Shown: piece by piece, positions 48,016-56,681 of the stretch
How the letters are laid out: each line of letters opens with the position of its first letter
Numbering within the stretch: position 1 is the first letter of the stretch
Source: an uncultured Gaiellaceae bacterium
Lineage (GTDB): Bacteria; Actinomycetota; Thermoleophilia; Gaiellales; Gaiellaceae
DNA: 64,000 nt
Direction: 5' to 3'
NCBI GenBank assembly: GCA_963831285.1
Contig: CAWHPO010000003.1
Coordinates: 91,401 to 155,400, forward strand
The notes under the pieces: model-generated
Database searches by the model: none
What the model saw: only the letters and a program-made list of their open reading frames with translations
What the model was told of the DNA's origin: nothing
Translations under genes and position numbers: made by a program

Positions 48016-51000
48016 GTGCCTCGGATCTTCACACCGCTGCCGGACAAGCCCGACCACGACGCCCTCGAGCTCGCGATCCTCGAGCGCTGGGAGCACGAGG
48101 GCACGTTCGACGCGCTTCGGGAGCAGAACGCAGGCGGCCCACGCTTCAGCTTCGTGGACGGCCCCGCGACGGCGAACCGGATGGTGCTCGGGGTCCATAC
48201 CGCATGGGGGAGGACACTGAAGGACGTCTTTCAGCGCTACAAGGCACTCCGCGGCTACCACCAGCGCTACCAGAACGGGTTCGACTGCCAGGGGCTCTGG
48301 ATCGAGGTCGGGGTCGAGCGCGAGCTCGGCCTCAACTCGAAGCGCGAGATCGAGGAGTACGGGCTCGCCGAGTTCGCGCGGCGATGTCGAGATGTGGTCG
48401 CGCGGTCCTCGCGAGCGCTGACCGACGGGTCGATCCGCCTCGGTCAATGGATGGACTGGGGACGCGACTACTTCACGTTCAGCGACACGAACATCGAGTA
48501 CATCTGGCGGTTCCTCCAGCTCGTGCACGAGCGCGGCTGGCTCTACCTGGGGCACCGCTCGACCGAGTGGTGCCCGCGCTGCGGCACCTCGCTCTCGCAG
48601 CACGAGCTGACGCAGAGCGGCGTCTACCAGGAGCGGAGCGATCCGTCGCTCTACGTCCGCTTCCCGCTGCTCGAGCGGCCGCACGAGTCTTTCGTCGTCT
48701 GGACGACGACGCCCTGGACGCTGCCGGCGAACGTCGCCGCAGCGGTGAAGCCCGACGCGGAGTACGGGCGGCGCGAGAACGGTCAGTGGGTCGCCGTCGA
48801 GCGCTATCCGAAGGACACGTTCGTCGAGCGCGTCCGCGGCGCAGACCTCGTCGGCGTGCGCTACCGCGGGCCCTTCGACGATCTCCACGGGCAGGACGCG
48901 GTCGAGCACCGCGTGATTCCGTGGGACGAGGTCTCGCTCGAGGAGGGCACGGGCATCGTCCACATCGCACCCGGTGCCGGCCAGGAGGACTTCGAGCTCG
49001 GTCTCCGCCACGACCTCCCGGTGCTCTCCCCGGTGGACGAGGCGGGCCGCTTCTACGACACCTACGGGTGGCTGCACGGGCTCTCGACGATCGAGGCCGC
49101 GGATCAGATCGTGGGCCGCCTCGCGGAGACGGGCTTCCTGGTCGAGGCGGGGACGTACGAGCACCGCTATCCGCATTGCTGGCGCTGCGATACCCCGCTC
49201 ATCTGGCGCGTCACCGACGACTGGTTGATCGCGGTCGACGAGCTCCGCCAGGCGCTGCTCGACGCGAACGCGACGGTCGAGTGGACGCCTGCCTACATGG
49301 GCAAGCGCATGGACGACTGGCTGCGCAACATGGGCGACTGGAACATCTCGCGGCGCCGCTACTACGGGCTCCCGCTCCCCTTCTACCCGTGCTCGTGCGG
49401 GCACCTGAACGTGGTCGGCTCGAAGGCCGAGCTCCTGGCGCGCGCCACCGGACCGGTCGAAGAGCTCGAGGAGCTGCGGCGCCCCTGGATCGACGCCGTC
49501 GCGATCCGGTGCGAGTCGTGCGGCGAGGAGGTTCGCCGGATCCCCGAGGTGGGCGACGTGTGGCTTGACGCCGGGATCGTCCCCTTCTCCACGCTCGGTT
49601 GGGAGAGCACCGAGTACGTGCCGGGCGGCTATGCGACCGGAGCGGCGAAGGGGCTCACCCGCGCCGACCTCCCGGATCACCGCTACTGGGAGGAATGGTT
49701 CCCGGCCGACTGGGTCTCGGAGATGCGCGAGCAGATCCGTCTCTGGTTCTACTCGCAGCTCTTCATGTCGGTCGCGCTCACGGGCCGCGCCCCGTTCCGC
49801 AAGGTGCTCGGCTACGAGAAGATGCTCGACGAGAACGGGCGCGAGATGCACAGCTCGTGGGGGAACACCATCGATGCCCCCGACGCGTTCGCCCGCATGG
49901 GCGCGGACGTCATGCGCTGGCAGTACTGCTCTCAGCCGCCGAACCAGAACCTCCTCTTCGGCTTCGGTCCCGCACACGAGATCCAGCGCCGGCTGCTGAC
50001 GCTCTGGAACTCGTGCAAGTTCCTCGTCGACTATGCGAACGTCGGAAGCTGGTCGCCGCGTTGGAGCGACCTCGAGCACGGGCCGGACGGCAAGCTCGAG
50101 CCACTGGACCGCTGGCTCGTCGAGCGGACCCACGCACTGGTGAGCGAGGCGACCGCCGGGTACGAGAGCTGGCTCTCGCTCGAGGTCGTTCGCGCGTACG
50201 AGGCGTTCGTCGACGACGTCTCGAACTGGTACATCCGCCGCTCGCGGCGCCGCTTCTGGGACGGCGATGCCGTCGCGCTTAGTGCACTCTGGTACGCGCT
50301 CGTCCAGGGGCTCCGCGTGGTCGCGCCGCTCATGCCGTTCCTCACCGATCATCTGTGGCGCGTGCTGACCGCTCCCTGTGAGGAGGCTCCGGGCTCCGTA
50401 CATCTCGCGGGCTGGCCGGAACCGGGCGAGCTCGACGTCGAGCTCCTCGCCGAGATCGCGGAGCTGCGCCGGGTGGTCGAGCTCGGACGGCAGGCCCGCG
50501 CGGCCTCGGGCGTGAAGCTGCGCCAGCCGCTGCGCGCGCTCGTCGTCGAAGGCGCGCCGCGGGCGCGGAGCCACGCCGACGAGATCGCCGACGAGCTCCG
50601 CGTGCGCGAGGTGTCGTTCCGCGAGGTCGAGGCGAGCGAGCTCCGGGTCAAGCCGAACCTGCGCGTCCTCGGCCCGAAGCTCGGCAAGGAGCTCGCCACG
50701 GTGCGCGCCGCGCTCGAGGCCGGCGAGTTCGAGGAGGTCGAGGCGGGAGGCTTCCGCGCCGCAGGCCACGAGCTCTCACGCGACGAGGTCCTCGTCGAGC
50801 GGCACGGTCGGGACGGCTGGGCCGTCGCCGCGCTCGACGGCGTCACCGTCGCGCTCGACCTCGAGCTCGACGACGACCTGCTCCTGCGCGGCCGGGTCTA
50901 CGACCTCATCCACGCCGTGAACGGCAAGCGCAAGGAGCTGGGCCTCGAGCTCACGGACCGTATTCGGCTGACGATCGCGGAAGCCGACGCCGGTCTGCTC

Positions 51001-51084
51001 GAGCACCGCGAGTGGATCGCCCGCGAGACGCTGGCGGTCGAGATCGAGGCTGCCGGCCGGGAGATCACGATCGCGAAGAGCTGA
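48016..51084 (+). CDS. ileS: Isoleucine--tRNA ligase
   Basis: An intact 1022 aa ORF. It shows a class I aaRS layout with Zn-type Cys pairs (WCPRCGTSL, CWRCDTPL) and a KMS-type loop (EKMLDENGREMHSSWGN). Confidence 0.9.
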   Translation: MPRIFTPLPDKPDHDALELAILERWEHEGTFDALREQNAGGPRFSFVDGPATANRMVLGVHTAWGRTLKDVFQRYKALRGYHQRYQNGFDCQGLWIEVGVERELGLNSKREIEEYGLAEFARRCRDVVARSSRALTDGSIRLGQWMDWGRDYFTFSDTNIEYIWRFLQLVHERGWLYLGHRSTEWCPRCGTSLSQHELTQSGVYQERSDPSLYVRFPLLERPHESFVVWTTTPWTLPANVAAAVKPDAEYGRRENGQWVAVERYPKDTFVERVRGADLVGVRYRGPFDDLHGQDAVEHRVIPWDEVSLEEGTGIVHIAPGAGQEDFELGLRHDLPVLSPVDEAGRFYDTYGWLHGLSTIEAADQIVGRLAETGFLVEAGTYEHRYPHCWRCDTPLIWRVTDDWLIAVDELRQALLDANATVEWTPAYMGKRMDDWLRNMGDWNISRRRYYGLPLPFYPCSCGHLNVVGSKAELLARATGPVEELEELRRPWIDAVAIRCESCGEEVRRIPEVGDVWLDAGIVPFSTLGWESTEYVPGGYATGAAKGLTRADLPDHRYWEEWFPADWVSEMREQIRLWFYSQLFMSVALTGRAPFRKVLGYEKMLDENGREMHSSWGNTIDAPDAFARMGADVMRWQYCSQPPNQNLLFGFGPAHEIQRRLLTLWNSCKFLVDYANVGSWSPRWSDLEHGPDGKLEPLDRWLVERTHALVSEATAGYESWLSLEVVRAYEAFVDDVSNWYIRRSRRRFWDGDAVALSALWYALVQGLRVVAPLMPFLTDHLWRVLTAPCEEAPGSVHLAGWPEPGELDVELLAEIAELRRVVELGRQARAASGVKLRQPLRALVVEGAPRARSHADEIADELRVREVSFREVEASELRVKPNLRVLGPKLGKELATVRAALEAGEFEEVEAGGFRAAGHELSRDEVLVERHGRDGWAVAALDGVTVALDLELDDDLLLRGRVYDLIHAVNGKRKELGLELTDRIRLTIAEADAGLLEHREWIARETLAVEIEAAGREITIAKS

Positions 51085-51106
51085 CGGCGCGTCGTATGCT
51101 GAGCGG

Positions 51107-51421
51107 GTGGCTCGCTGTGGTCACTGCGAGGCGGAGGTCGCGGGGGAGTTCCGCTACTGCCCCTGGTGCGCCACGCCGATGCGAAGCAAGCTCGTGGAGT
51201 TCTTCCGCGGAGCCGATGCGGACGAGCACCGAGCGCTGCGCGTCTCGCGGTACATCCCGGAGCGCCGCGTCCGATTCAGCGTCTGGGACGAGAGCGGCAC
51301 CGCCCGCGCCGCCGTCTCCCTGGACGATGACGAGGCCGCGCGGCTGGCCGACTTCGTGGCGCGTCCGCGAACGCGCAGACCGACGCTGCTCGACGAGCTA
51401 CGCGCGCTCGTTCGCCGCTAG
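51107..51421 (+). CDS. Zinc-ribbon hypothetical protein
   Basis: MARCGHCEAEVAGEFRYCPWCATPM... Confidence 0.5.
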   Translation: MARCGHCEAEVAGEFRYCPWCATPMRSKLVEFFRGADADEHRALRVSRYIPERRVRFSVWDESGTARAAVSLDDDEAARLADFVARPRTRRPTLLDELRALVRR

Positions 51422-52368
51422 CTTCCGGCGAGCTCGAGCTCGCGGCGCAGCTCCACGGGCAGGCGGAAGGTGACGTCCTCCTCGACGATGCGGTATGGCT
51501 CGATGTCGGTCACGCCGCGAGCGCGGAACCAGTCGCAGACGCGCCCGACGAGCTTCTCCGGTGCGGACGCGCCCGAGGTGATCCCGACCGTGCGTGCGTC
51601 GCCGAGCCACGCCTCGTCGATCTCGGACTCGTCGTCGATCAGGTAGGCCCGCGTGCCGGCGGCACGGGCCGTCTCGACGAGCCGGTTCGAGTTCGACGAG
51701 TTGCGCGAGCCGATGACGAGGAGCAGGTCGATCTCGGGAAGCATCTCCTTGACTGCCCACTGCCGGTTCGAGGTCGCGTAGCAGATGTCTTCCTTGCGCG
51801 GCGCGCGGATCTGCGGGAAGCGGCGCCGAAGCGCGGTGATGATCTCGCCCGTCTCGTCCACCGACAGGGTCGTCTGGGTCACGTACGCGAGCTTCGAGTC
51901 GGGCGGGAGCTCCAGCGCCTCGACCTCCTCGACCGTCTGGACGAGCAGCGTCGAGTCCGGCGCCTCGCCCATCGTCCCGACGACCTCCTCGTGCCCCTCG
52001 TGTCCGATGAGGACGATCGTGTAGCCCTCGTCCGCGTAGCGGCGGGCCTGGACGTGCACCTTCGTGACGAGCGGGCAGACGGCGTCGATCACGTTGTGTC
52101 CGAGCTGCGACGAGTTCGCGTAGACCGCGGGCGCCACCCCATGCGCGGAGTAGACGACGGTCGCGCCCTCGGGCACCTCGGTCTCCTCCTCGACGAAGAT
52201 CGCTCCGCGCGCCTCGAGATCGCGCACGACGTGGATGTTGTGGACGATCTGCTTGCGCACGTAGACGGGCGCGCCGTAGTGCTCGAGCGCCCGCTCGACC
52301 GTCTCGACCGCGCGCTCGACGCCGGCGCAGTACCCGCGCGGCGACGCGAGGAGAACTCGCTCGACCAT
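51418..52368 (-). CDS. ispH: 4-hydroxy-3-methylbut-2-enyl diphosphate reductase
   Basis: SPRGYCAGVERAV, HNIHVV, CPLVTKVH and ICYATSNRQ motifs. Confidence 0.95.
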   Translation of the reverse strand: MVERVLLASPRGYCAGVERAVETVERALEHYGAPVYVRKQIVHNIHVVRDLEARGAIFVEEETEVPEGATVVYSAHGVAPAVYANSSQLGHNVIDAVCPLVTKVHVQARRYADEGYTIVLIGHEGHEEVVGTMGEAPDSTLLVQTVEEVEALELPPDSKLAYVTQTTLSVDETGEIITALRRRFPQIRAPRKEDICYATSNRQWAVKEMLPEIDLLLVIGSRNSSNSNRLVETARAAGTRAYLIDDESEIDEAWLGDARTVGITSGASAPEKLVGRVCDWFRARGVTDIEPYRIVEEDVTFRLPVELRRELELAGS

Positions 52369-52389
52369 GTGCCTTAGCGTAGCCCCCTT

Positions 52390-52468
52390 GCTTGCAACAA
52401 CTTGTTACAAGCACACGACGGCAGCGCGAGAACCGGCGCACGGCTGCTTGCGACAAGTTGTTGCAAGC
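52390..52468 (-). repeat. AT-rich double-palindrome element, copy C
   Basis: CTTGCAACAACTTGTTACAAG (52391-52411), 35 nt spacer, CTTGCGACAAGTTGTTGCAAG (52447-52467). Centres are 56 bp apart. The 24 nt arms GCTTGCAACAACTTGTTACAAGCA and TGCTTGCGACAAGTTGTTGCAAGC are mutual inverted repeats (22 of 24). Confidence 0.8.
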
Positions 52469-52472
52469 GTTG

Positions 52473-53420
52473 TCAGCGTGCGGACTGGGCGACGAGGATG
52501 CCTGCCATGACGATCGCGCCGCCGACGAGCTGCCACGCCCCGAACGTCTGGCCGAGCCACGCCCACGCGACGACGGTCGCGACGACGGGCTCGAACGTCG
52601 AGACGATCGAGGCGCGCGTCGCGCTGATGTGACGGAGGGCGCCCGTCAGCAGCAAGAACGGCGCGATCGTTCCGACCACGACCACGAAGGCGACGAGGGA
52701 CCACACGGGAGCGGTATGGCTCGAGAGGTTGCCCTGGAGTGAGACGTGGTCGCCGAGAACCGACCACGGAAAGTCCCAGAGCGGCTGGACCACGGCCCAC
52801 AGGATGGCGGCGAAGAGGAACCCGTAGAAGGTCAGCGACGCGGCATCCCGGTGCTGCCGCTCCCGCTCCGCCATCAGCAGGTACGCGGTCAGGACGAGCG
52901 CGCTCCCGAACGCCGCGGTGACGCCCACCGTGCTGTACGCGATCCCCGACCAGATCTCGACCACGAGCGCGAGCCCGGTGAGGCAGAGCCCGACGGCGAC
53001 CCAGATCAGGCGTCGCACGTGCTCCCGATAGACGAAACGCGCGAACAGCGCGACGAAGAGCGGCGCCGTGAACACGATCAGCAGCACGACGCCGATGGGC
53101 GCATTCTCGATCGCCACCAGGTAGAGCCACTGCTGGAGCGCCACACCGACGAGACCGAACGCAACGAGGAAGAGCAGCTCGCGCCGCCCGACGCGAAGCC
53201 TCGCCGGCGCGAGAACGGCGAGGAAGGCGAGGAACAGCAGAGCCGCGCACGTATGCCGGATCTGGGCGAGCTGGAGCACCGTGAGGCCGGAGTCGAGCGT
53301 GACTTTCATGACGCTTCCGTTGACCGCGAAGAGGGTCGCCGCGATCGCCACCATCGCGTAGCCGAGGCGCGACTTGTCGTCGGGGCGCCCCTCCGGGAGC
53401 AGCGTCGGGGCGTCGACCAT
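52473..53420 (-). CDS. EamA/DMT family transporter
   Basis: 315 aa with 10 hydrophobic helices in a duplicated EamA arrangement. Confidence 0.8.
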   Translation of the reverse strand: MVDAPTLLPEGRPDDKSRLGYAMVAIAATLFAVNGSVMKVTLDSGLTVLQLAQIRHTCAALLFLAFLAVLAPARLRVGRRELLFLVAFGLVGVALQQWLYLVAIENAPIGVVLLIVFTAPLFVALFARFVYREHVRRLIWVAVGLCLTGLALVVEIWSGIAYSTVGVTAAFGSALVLTAYLLMAERERQHRDAASLTFYGFLFAAILWAVVQPLWDFPWSVLGDHVSLQGNLSSHTAPVWSLVAFVVVVGTIAPFLLLTGALRHISATRASIVSTFEPVVATVVAWAWLGQTFGAWQLVGGAIVMAGILVAQSAR

Positions 53421-53457
53421 GGGCCGGCAGGCTATCCGCCTACACTTCGCGGCTCCG

Positions 53458-53531
53458 CGGGGTGTAGCTCAGCCTGGTAGAGCGCTCGCTTTGGGAGCGA
53501 GAGGCCGGCGGTTCGAATCCGCCCACCCCGA
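53458..53531 (+). tRNA. tRNA-Pro (anticodon TGG)
   Basis: CGGGGTG TAGCTCAGCCTGGTAGAGC G CTCGC TTTGGGA GCGAG ... GGTTCGAATCC ... CACCCCG A. No CCA is encoded. Confidence 0.9.
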
Positions 53532-53760
53532 CTCTGCACGAGATCGAGACTCGCGAGTGCGAGTCTCGATCCGCGCGAACCCCTTCCAGACGCTCGCAGT
53601 GACAGCTTGATTCCGCCATCCCGACTCTGCACGAGATCGGAACTCGCGAGTGCGAGTCTCGATCCGCGCGAACCCCTTCCAGACGCTCGCAGTGACAGCT
53701 TGATTCCCCACCCCGACTCTGCACGAGATCGGAACTCGCGAGTGCGAGTTCCGATCCGCG
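53532..53760. repeat. Tandem array of about 2.5 units of 93/92 bp starting at the last base of tRNA-Pro
   Basis: Unit starts are 53532, 53625 and 53717. Each unit carries a 13 bp stem hairpin (GATCGAGACTCGC-GAGT-GCGAGTCTCGATC) followed by CGCGCGAA. Units 1 and 2 end in a copy of the tRNA 3' end (GATTCCGCCATCCCGA and GATTCCCCACCCCGA). Confidence 0.85.
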
Positions 53761-53823
53761 CGAAGAACTTGGAAGACGATCGCTGCCACCGACCGATGCC
53801 GAAGGCGGCCGCGCTTCGTGTCG

Positions 53824-54552
53824 CTAGGGCTCGAGCCCTCCCCGTGCGACCTCGAGCTCCGGGTCGGGAACTGGCGGCTTGCGGAGGCACAGGAACGCCC
53901 AGATGGCGGCTCCCAGCACACCGCCCGCAAGCGGCCCGACAATGTAGATCCAGACGTCGCTCCAGTCCTGGTTGTAGAGGACCGGGTCGAGCGAGCGAGC
54001 GGGGTTGAACGAGCCACCCGAGGCGGGGCCGACGACGGCCGCCCCCGTGAAGATGAAGAGCCCGATCAGGAACGGCGCCATGACGCCGTTCCACGCCGCG
54101 CGCTCGTCCGTGGCGACGGTGAGGATCACCATCACGAAGAGCGCCGTCGTGACGATCTCGAGTACGAGCGCCGCCCAGTTGCTGATCCCGATTCCGGGCT
54201 GCGTGTCGAGTGCGTCCGTGACGTTGCTCGAGTAGACGATCGCCATGACGAGCACCGCTGCGAACCCGCCCACGAGCTGGGCGATCCAGTACGGGATGAC
54301 GTCGCGGGGCTTGAACCTGCCGGCGATCGCGAGGCCCGCGCTGACGGCGGGGTTGAAGTGTCCGCCGGAGAGATGCCCGAAGGCCGTGATCGCGAGCGCG
54401 AGGCCGAACCCGAAGCCGGCGGCGACGCCGAGCGGCGTGATCGCGTCCGCTCCGATGTCCACGACCACCGCGATGCCGCTGAAGCCGAGAAAGAAGAAGA
54501 TAAAGGTGCCCATTGCCTCTGCGCCGAGGCGCACGCTGAGCGGCTGATCCAT
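53824..54552 (-). CDS. MIP/aquaporin family channel
   Basis: ATG at 54552 follows GGAGG. Two NPA boxes are present (HFNPAVS, SFNPARS). Confidence 0.85.
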   Translation of the reverse strand: MDQPLSVRLGAEAMGTFIFFFLGFSGIAVVVDIGADAITPLGVAAGFGFGLALAITAFGHLSGGHFNPAVSAGLAIAGRFKPRDVIPYWIAQLVGGFAAVLVMAIVYSSNVTDALDTQPGIGISNWAALVLEIVTTALFVMVILTVATDERAAWNGVMAPFLIGLFIFTGAAVVGPASGGSFNPARSLDPVLYNQDWSDVWIYIVGPLAGGVLGAAIWAFLCLRKPPVPDPELEVARGGLEP

Positions 54553-54744
54553 CGTCCGACCTCCCGAGTCGATTTCAGAGGCGGTTCGGTGCGGTCGCCT
54601 TCGTTCCTCCGCGCAGGGAGCGGCTACGCGGGCCACTCCCGGCCGCTCGAACCCGCCGTACTCCTGGATCGCGCCGTAGATTGAGTGGACGATCTCCGTG
54701 GAGTGCACGCACACGCGAATCGTCCCCTAGGCCGGGAGCACCGG

Positions 54745-54797
54745 ACGGCGCTTGTGACGGCCGGTGGGCGAGATTCGAACCCGTCACCGTCAACCTG
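54745..54797 (-). pseudogene. Orphan tRNA 3'-half remnant
   Basis: The minus strand reads ..GGTGACGGGTTCGAATCTCGCCCACCGGCCG, a T-arm and 3' acceptor strand with no matching 5' half. It lies directly downstream of tRNA-Gly. Confidence 0.45.
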
Positions 54798-54801
54798 AGG
54801 A

Positions 54802-54874
54802 AGCGGGCGACCGGGTTCGAACCGGTGACATCCAGCTTGGAAGGCTGGCGCTCTACCAACTGAGCTACGCCCGC
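54802..54874 (-). tRNA. tRNA-Gly (anticodon TCC)
   Basis: GCGGGCG TAGCTCAGTTGGTAGAGC G CCAGC CTTCCAA GCTGG ATGTC ACCGG TTCGAAC CCGGT CGCCCGC T. Confidence 0.9.
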
Positions 54875-54893
54875 GTACGACTAGCGTAGCGCC

Positions 54894-55664
54894 GTGGATC
54901 CGTACGCGTGGGAGTGGAACCCCGAGGCGTTCGTCGTCGTGCCGATCCTCACTGCGGCCTACGTCCTGACCGTCCGGCGAGTCGAGACGGCCACCTGGCG
55001 AATCGTGTGCTTCCTCGCCGCGATGGTGCTCCTCGTGGTCGTCAGCGCGACCCCGGTGCACACGCTCGGGATGCACTACCTGCTGACCATGCACCTGCTC
55101 CAGAACGTCGTCCTCGCCGAGTGGGCGCCGCTCCTCGTCGTTCTCGCGATCCCGCCGGCGATCGGCGCGGCGATGGGAGGCTCGCCTGCGATCCGCGCCG
55201 TGACGCACCCGGCCGTCGCGCTTCCGCTCTGGCTCGCCAACTACATGCTGTGGCACCTTCCGTGGCTGTACGACAGGGCGCTCGAGAATCCGAACACGCT
55301 CCTTCACCTCGAGCACGCGCTGTACTTCGCGACCGGGATCGCCATGTGGTGGTGCGTCTTCCAGGACGAGCCCCACCGGCTCGGCTCGGGCGCGCGCGCC
55401 GGCTATGTATTTGCGGCCTTCGTCCTCGCGAGCCCGATCGGCCTCGTCATCGCCCTCGTCCCGAACGCGATCTACGACTTCTACGTCCACGCGCACCACC
55501 GCGTGTGGGGCCTGACGCCACTCGGCGACCAGCAGCTCGGCGGGATGCTGATGGCGCTCGAGCAGGCGGTGATCTTCTGCGCGGTCTTCGGGTACTGGCT
55601 CTTCCGCTTCCTCGCGGAGGAGGAGCGGCGCGGCGAGGTCGACCACCCCGTGAGGACGGCGTAG
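54894..55664 (+). CDS. Cytochrome c oxidase assembly factor CtaG-like membrane protein
   Basis: 256 aa polytopic protein with motifs HYLLTMHLLQN and LEHALYFATGIAMWW. Confidence 0.6.
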   Translation: MDPYAWEWNPEAFVVVPILTAAYVLTVRRVETATWRIVCFLAAMVLLVVVSATPVHTLGMHYLLTMHLLQNVVLAEWAPLLVVLAIPPAIGAAMGGSPAIRAVTHPAVALPLWLANYMLWHLPWLYDRALENPNTLLHLEHALYFATGIAMWWCVFQDEPHRLGSGARAGYVFAAFVLASPIGLVIALVPNAIYDFYVHAHHRVWGLTPLGDQQLGGMLMALEQAVIFCAVFGYWLFRFLAEEERRGEVDHPVRTA

Positions 55665-55706
55665 GCGGACGGCGAGCGACCGTCCTCCCGACTACCCTCA
55701 CGCCGG

Positions 55707-55779
55707 GCGCCCGTAGCTCAGTGGACAGAGCGGCGGACTTCTAATCCGCGGGTCGGAGGTTCGAATCCTCCCGGGCGCA
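55707..55779 (+). tRNA. tRNA-Arg (anticodon TCT)
   Basis: GCGCCCG TAGCTCAGTGGACAGAGC G GCGGA CTTCTAA TCCGC GGGTC GGAGG TTCGAAT CCTCC CGGGCGC A. Confidence 0.9.
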
Positions 55780-55784
55780 TGGAG

Positions 55785-56681
55785 ATGTCTGCGTACCCGC
55801 AGCCGCTGTCGGAGATGACGGTGGCGGAGGCACGCGCGCGAGAGCGGTCTTCCCTTCGCTCGCGCGTCGCGGTGCCGGAGCCGGTGGACGAGGTCGTGGA
55901 GCTCGCGCTTCCGGGTCCAGGCGGGTCGATCCCTGCGCGCCTGTACCTTCCTGCGGGACGCGCACGACCGGCGCCGGCGTTGGTCTGGTTCCCGGGCGGA
56001 GGGTGGATCCTCGGCTCGCTCGAGGCCGCGGATCTCGTGTGCCGCAAGCTGGCCAACGAGACTCCCTGCGCGGTCGTCGCGGTCCAGTACCGCCTGGCCC
56101 CCGAGCATCGGTTCCCGGCAGCGGTCGACGACTGCGTCGCTGCGACCGCGTGGGTTGCAGAGAATGCGGGCGGGATCGGGCTCGACCCGACCCGGATCGC
56201 GGTGGGCGGAGCGAGCGCAGGAGGGAATCTGGCCGCGGTCGTCGCTCTCCTCGCGCGCGACCGCGGCGGGCCGCGAGCCGCTCTCCAGCTCCTCGTCTAC
56301 CCGCCGACCGATCGTCGGGCGCAGGGCGACACCGCGTTCCCGGGAGCGTTCGACCGTGCCGGCGCGGACTGGTGCTGGTCGCACTACCTCGGCGATGACT
56401 CGGGAGAGGACCTGCGCGCGTCGCCGCTCCGCGCTTCCGACTTTCGCGGGTTGCCGCCCGCCCTCCTGATCGCAGCGGAGCACGACGCATTGCTCGAGGA
56501 GGGCAGGCTCTATGCGGAAACGCTCGCCGCTGCCGGCGTCGAGACCGAGCGCGTCTGCTACGAGGCCGCTCACGGGTTCTTCTCGACTCCCGGCTCGCCC
56601 TCCTCGGAGGCGGCTCGGGCGCGAGCCGTGAGCGCCTTACGCCGCGCCTTCGGCGACGACGTGGCGGGCGGCGCCCAGTAG
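55785..56681 (+). CDS. Alpha/beta hydrolase (HSL-type esterase/lipase)
   Basis: FPGGGW oxyanion motif and GGASAGG nucleophile elbow. The track start at 55779 overlaps the last tRNA base. Confidence 0.75.
   Translation: MSAYPQPLSEMTVAEARARERSSLRSRVAVPEPVDEVVELALPGPGGSIPARLYLPAGRARPAPALVWFPGGGWILGSLEAADLVCRKLANETPCAVVAVQYRLAPEHRFPAAVDDCVAATAWVAENAGGIGLDPTRIAVGGASAGGNLAAVVALLARDRGGPRAALQLLVYPPTDRRAQGDTAFPGAFDRAGADWCWSHYLGDDSGEDLRASPLRASDFRGLPPALLIAAEHDALLEEGRLYAETLAAAGVETERVCYEAAHGFFSTPGSPSSEAARARAVSALRRAFGDDVAGGAQ

Noticed and set aside
53458-54874. Integrated genomic island between tRNA-Pro and tRNA-Gly
   Set aside because: Only an aquaporin gene lies between them, with no integrase, excisionase or mobility gene. 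The partial tRNA 3' ends are reported as relics only.
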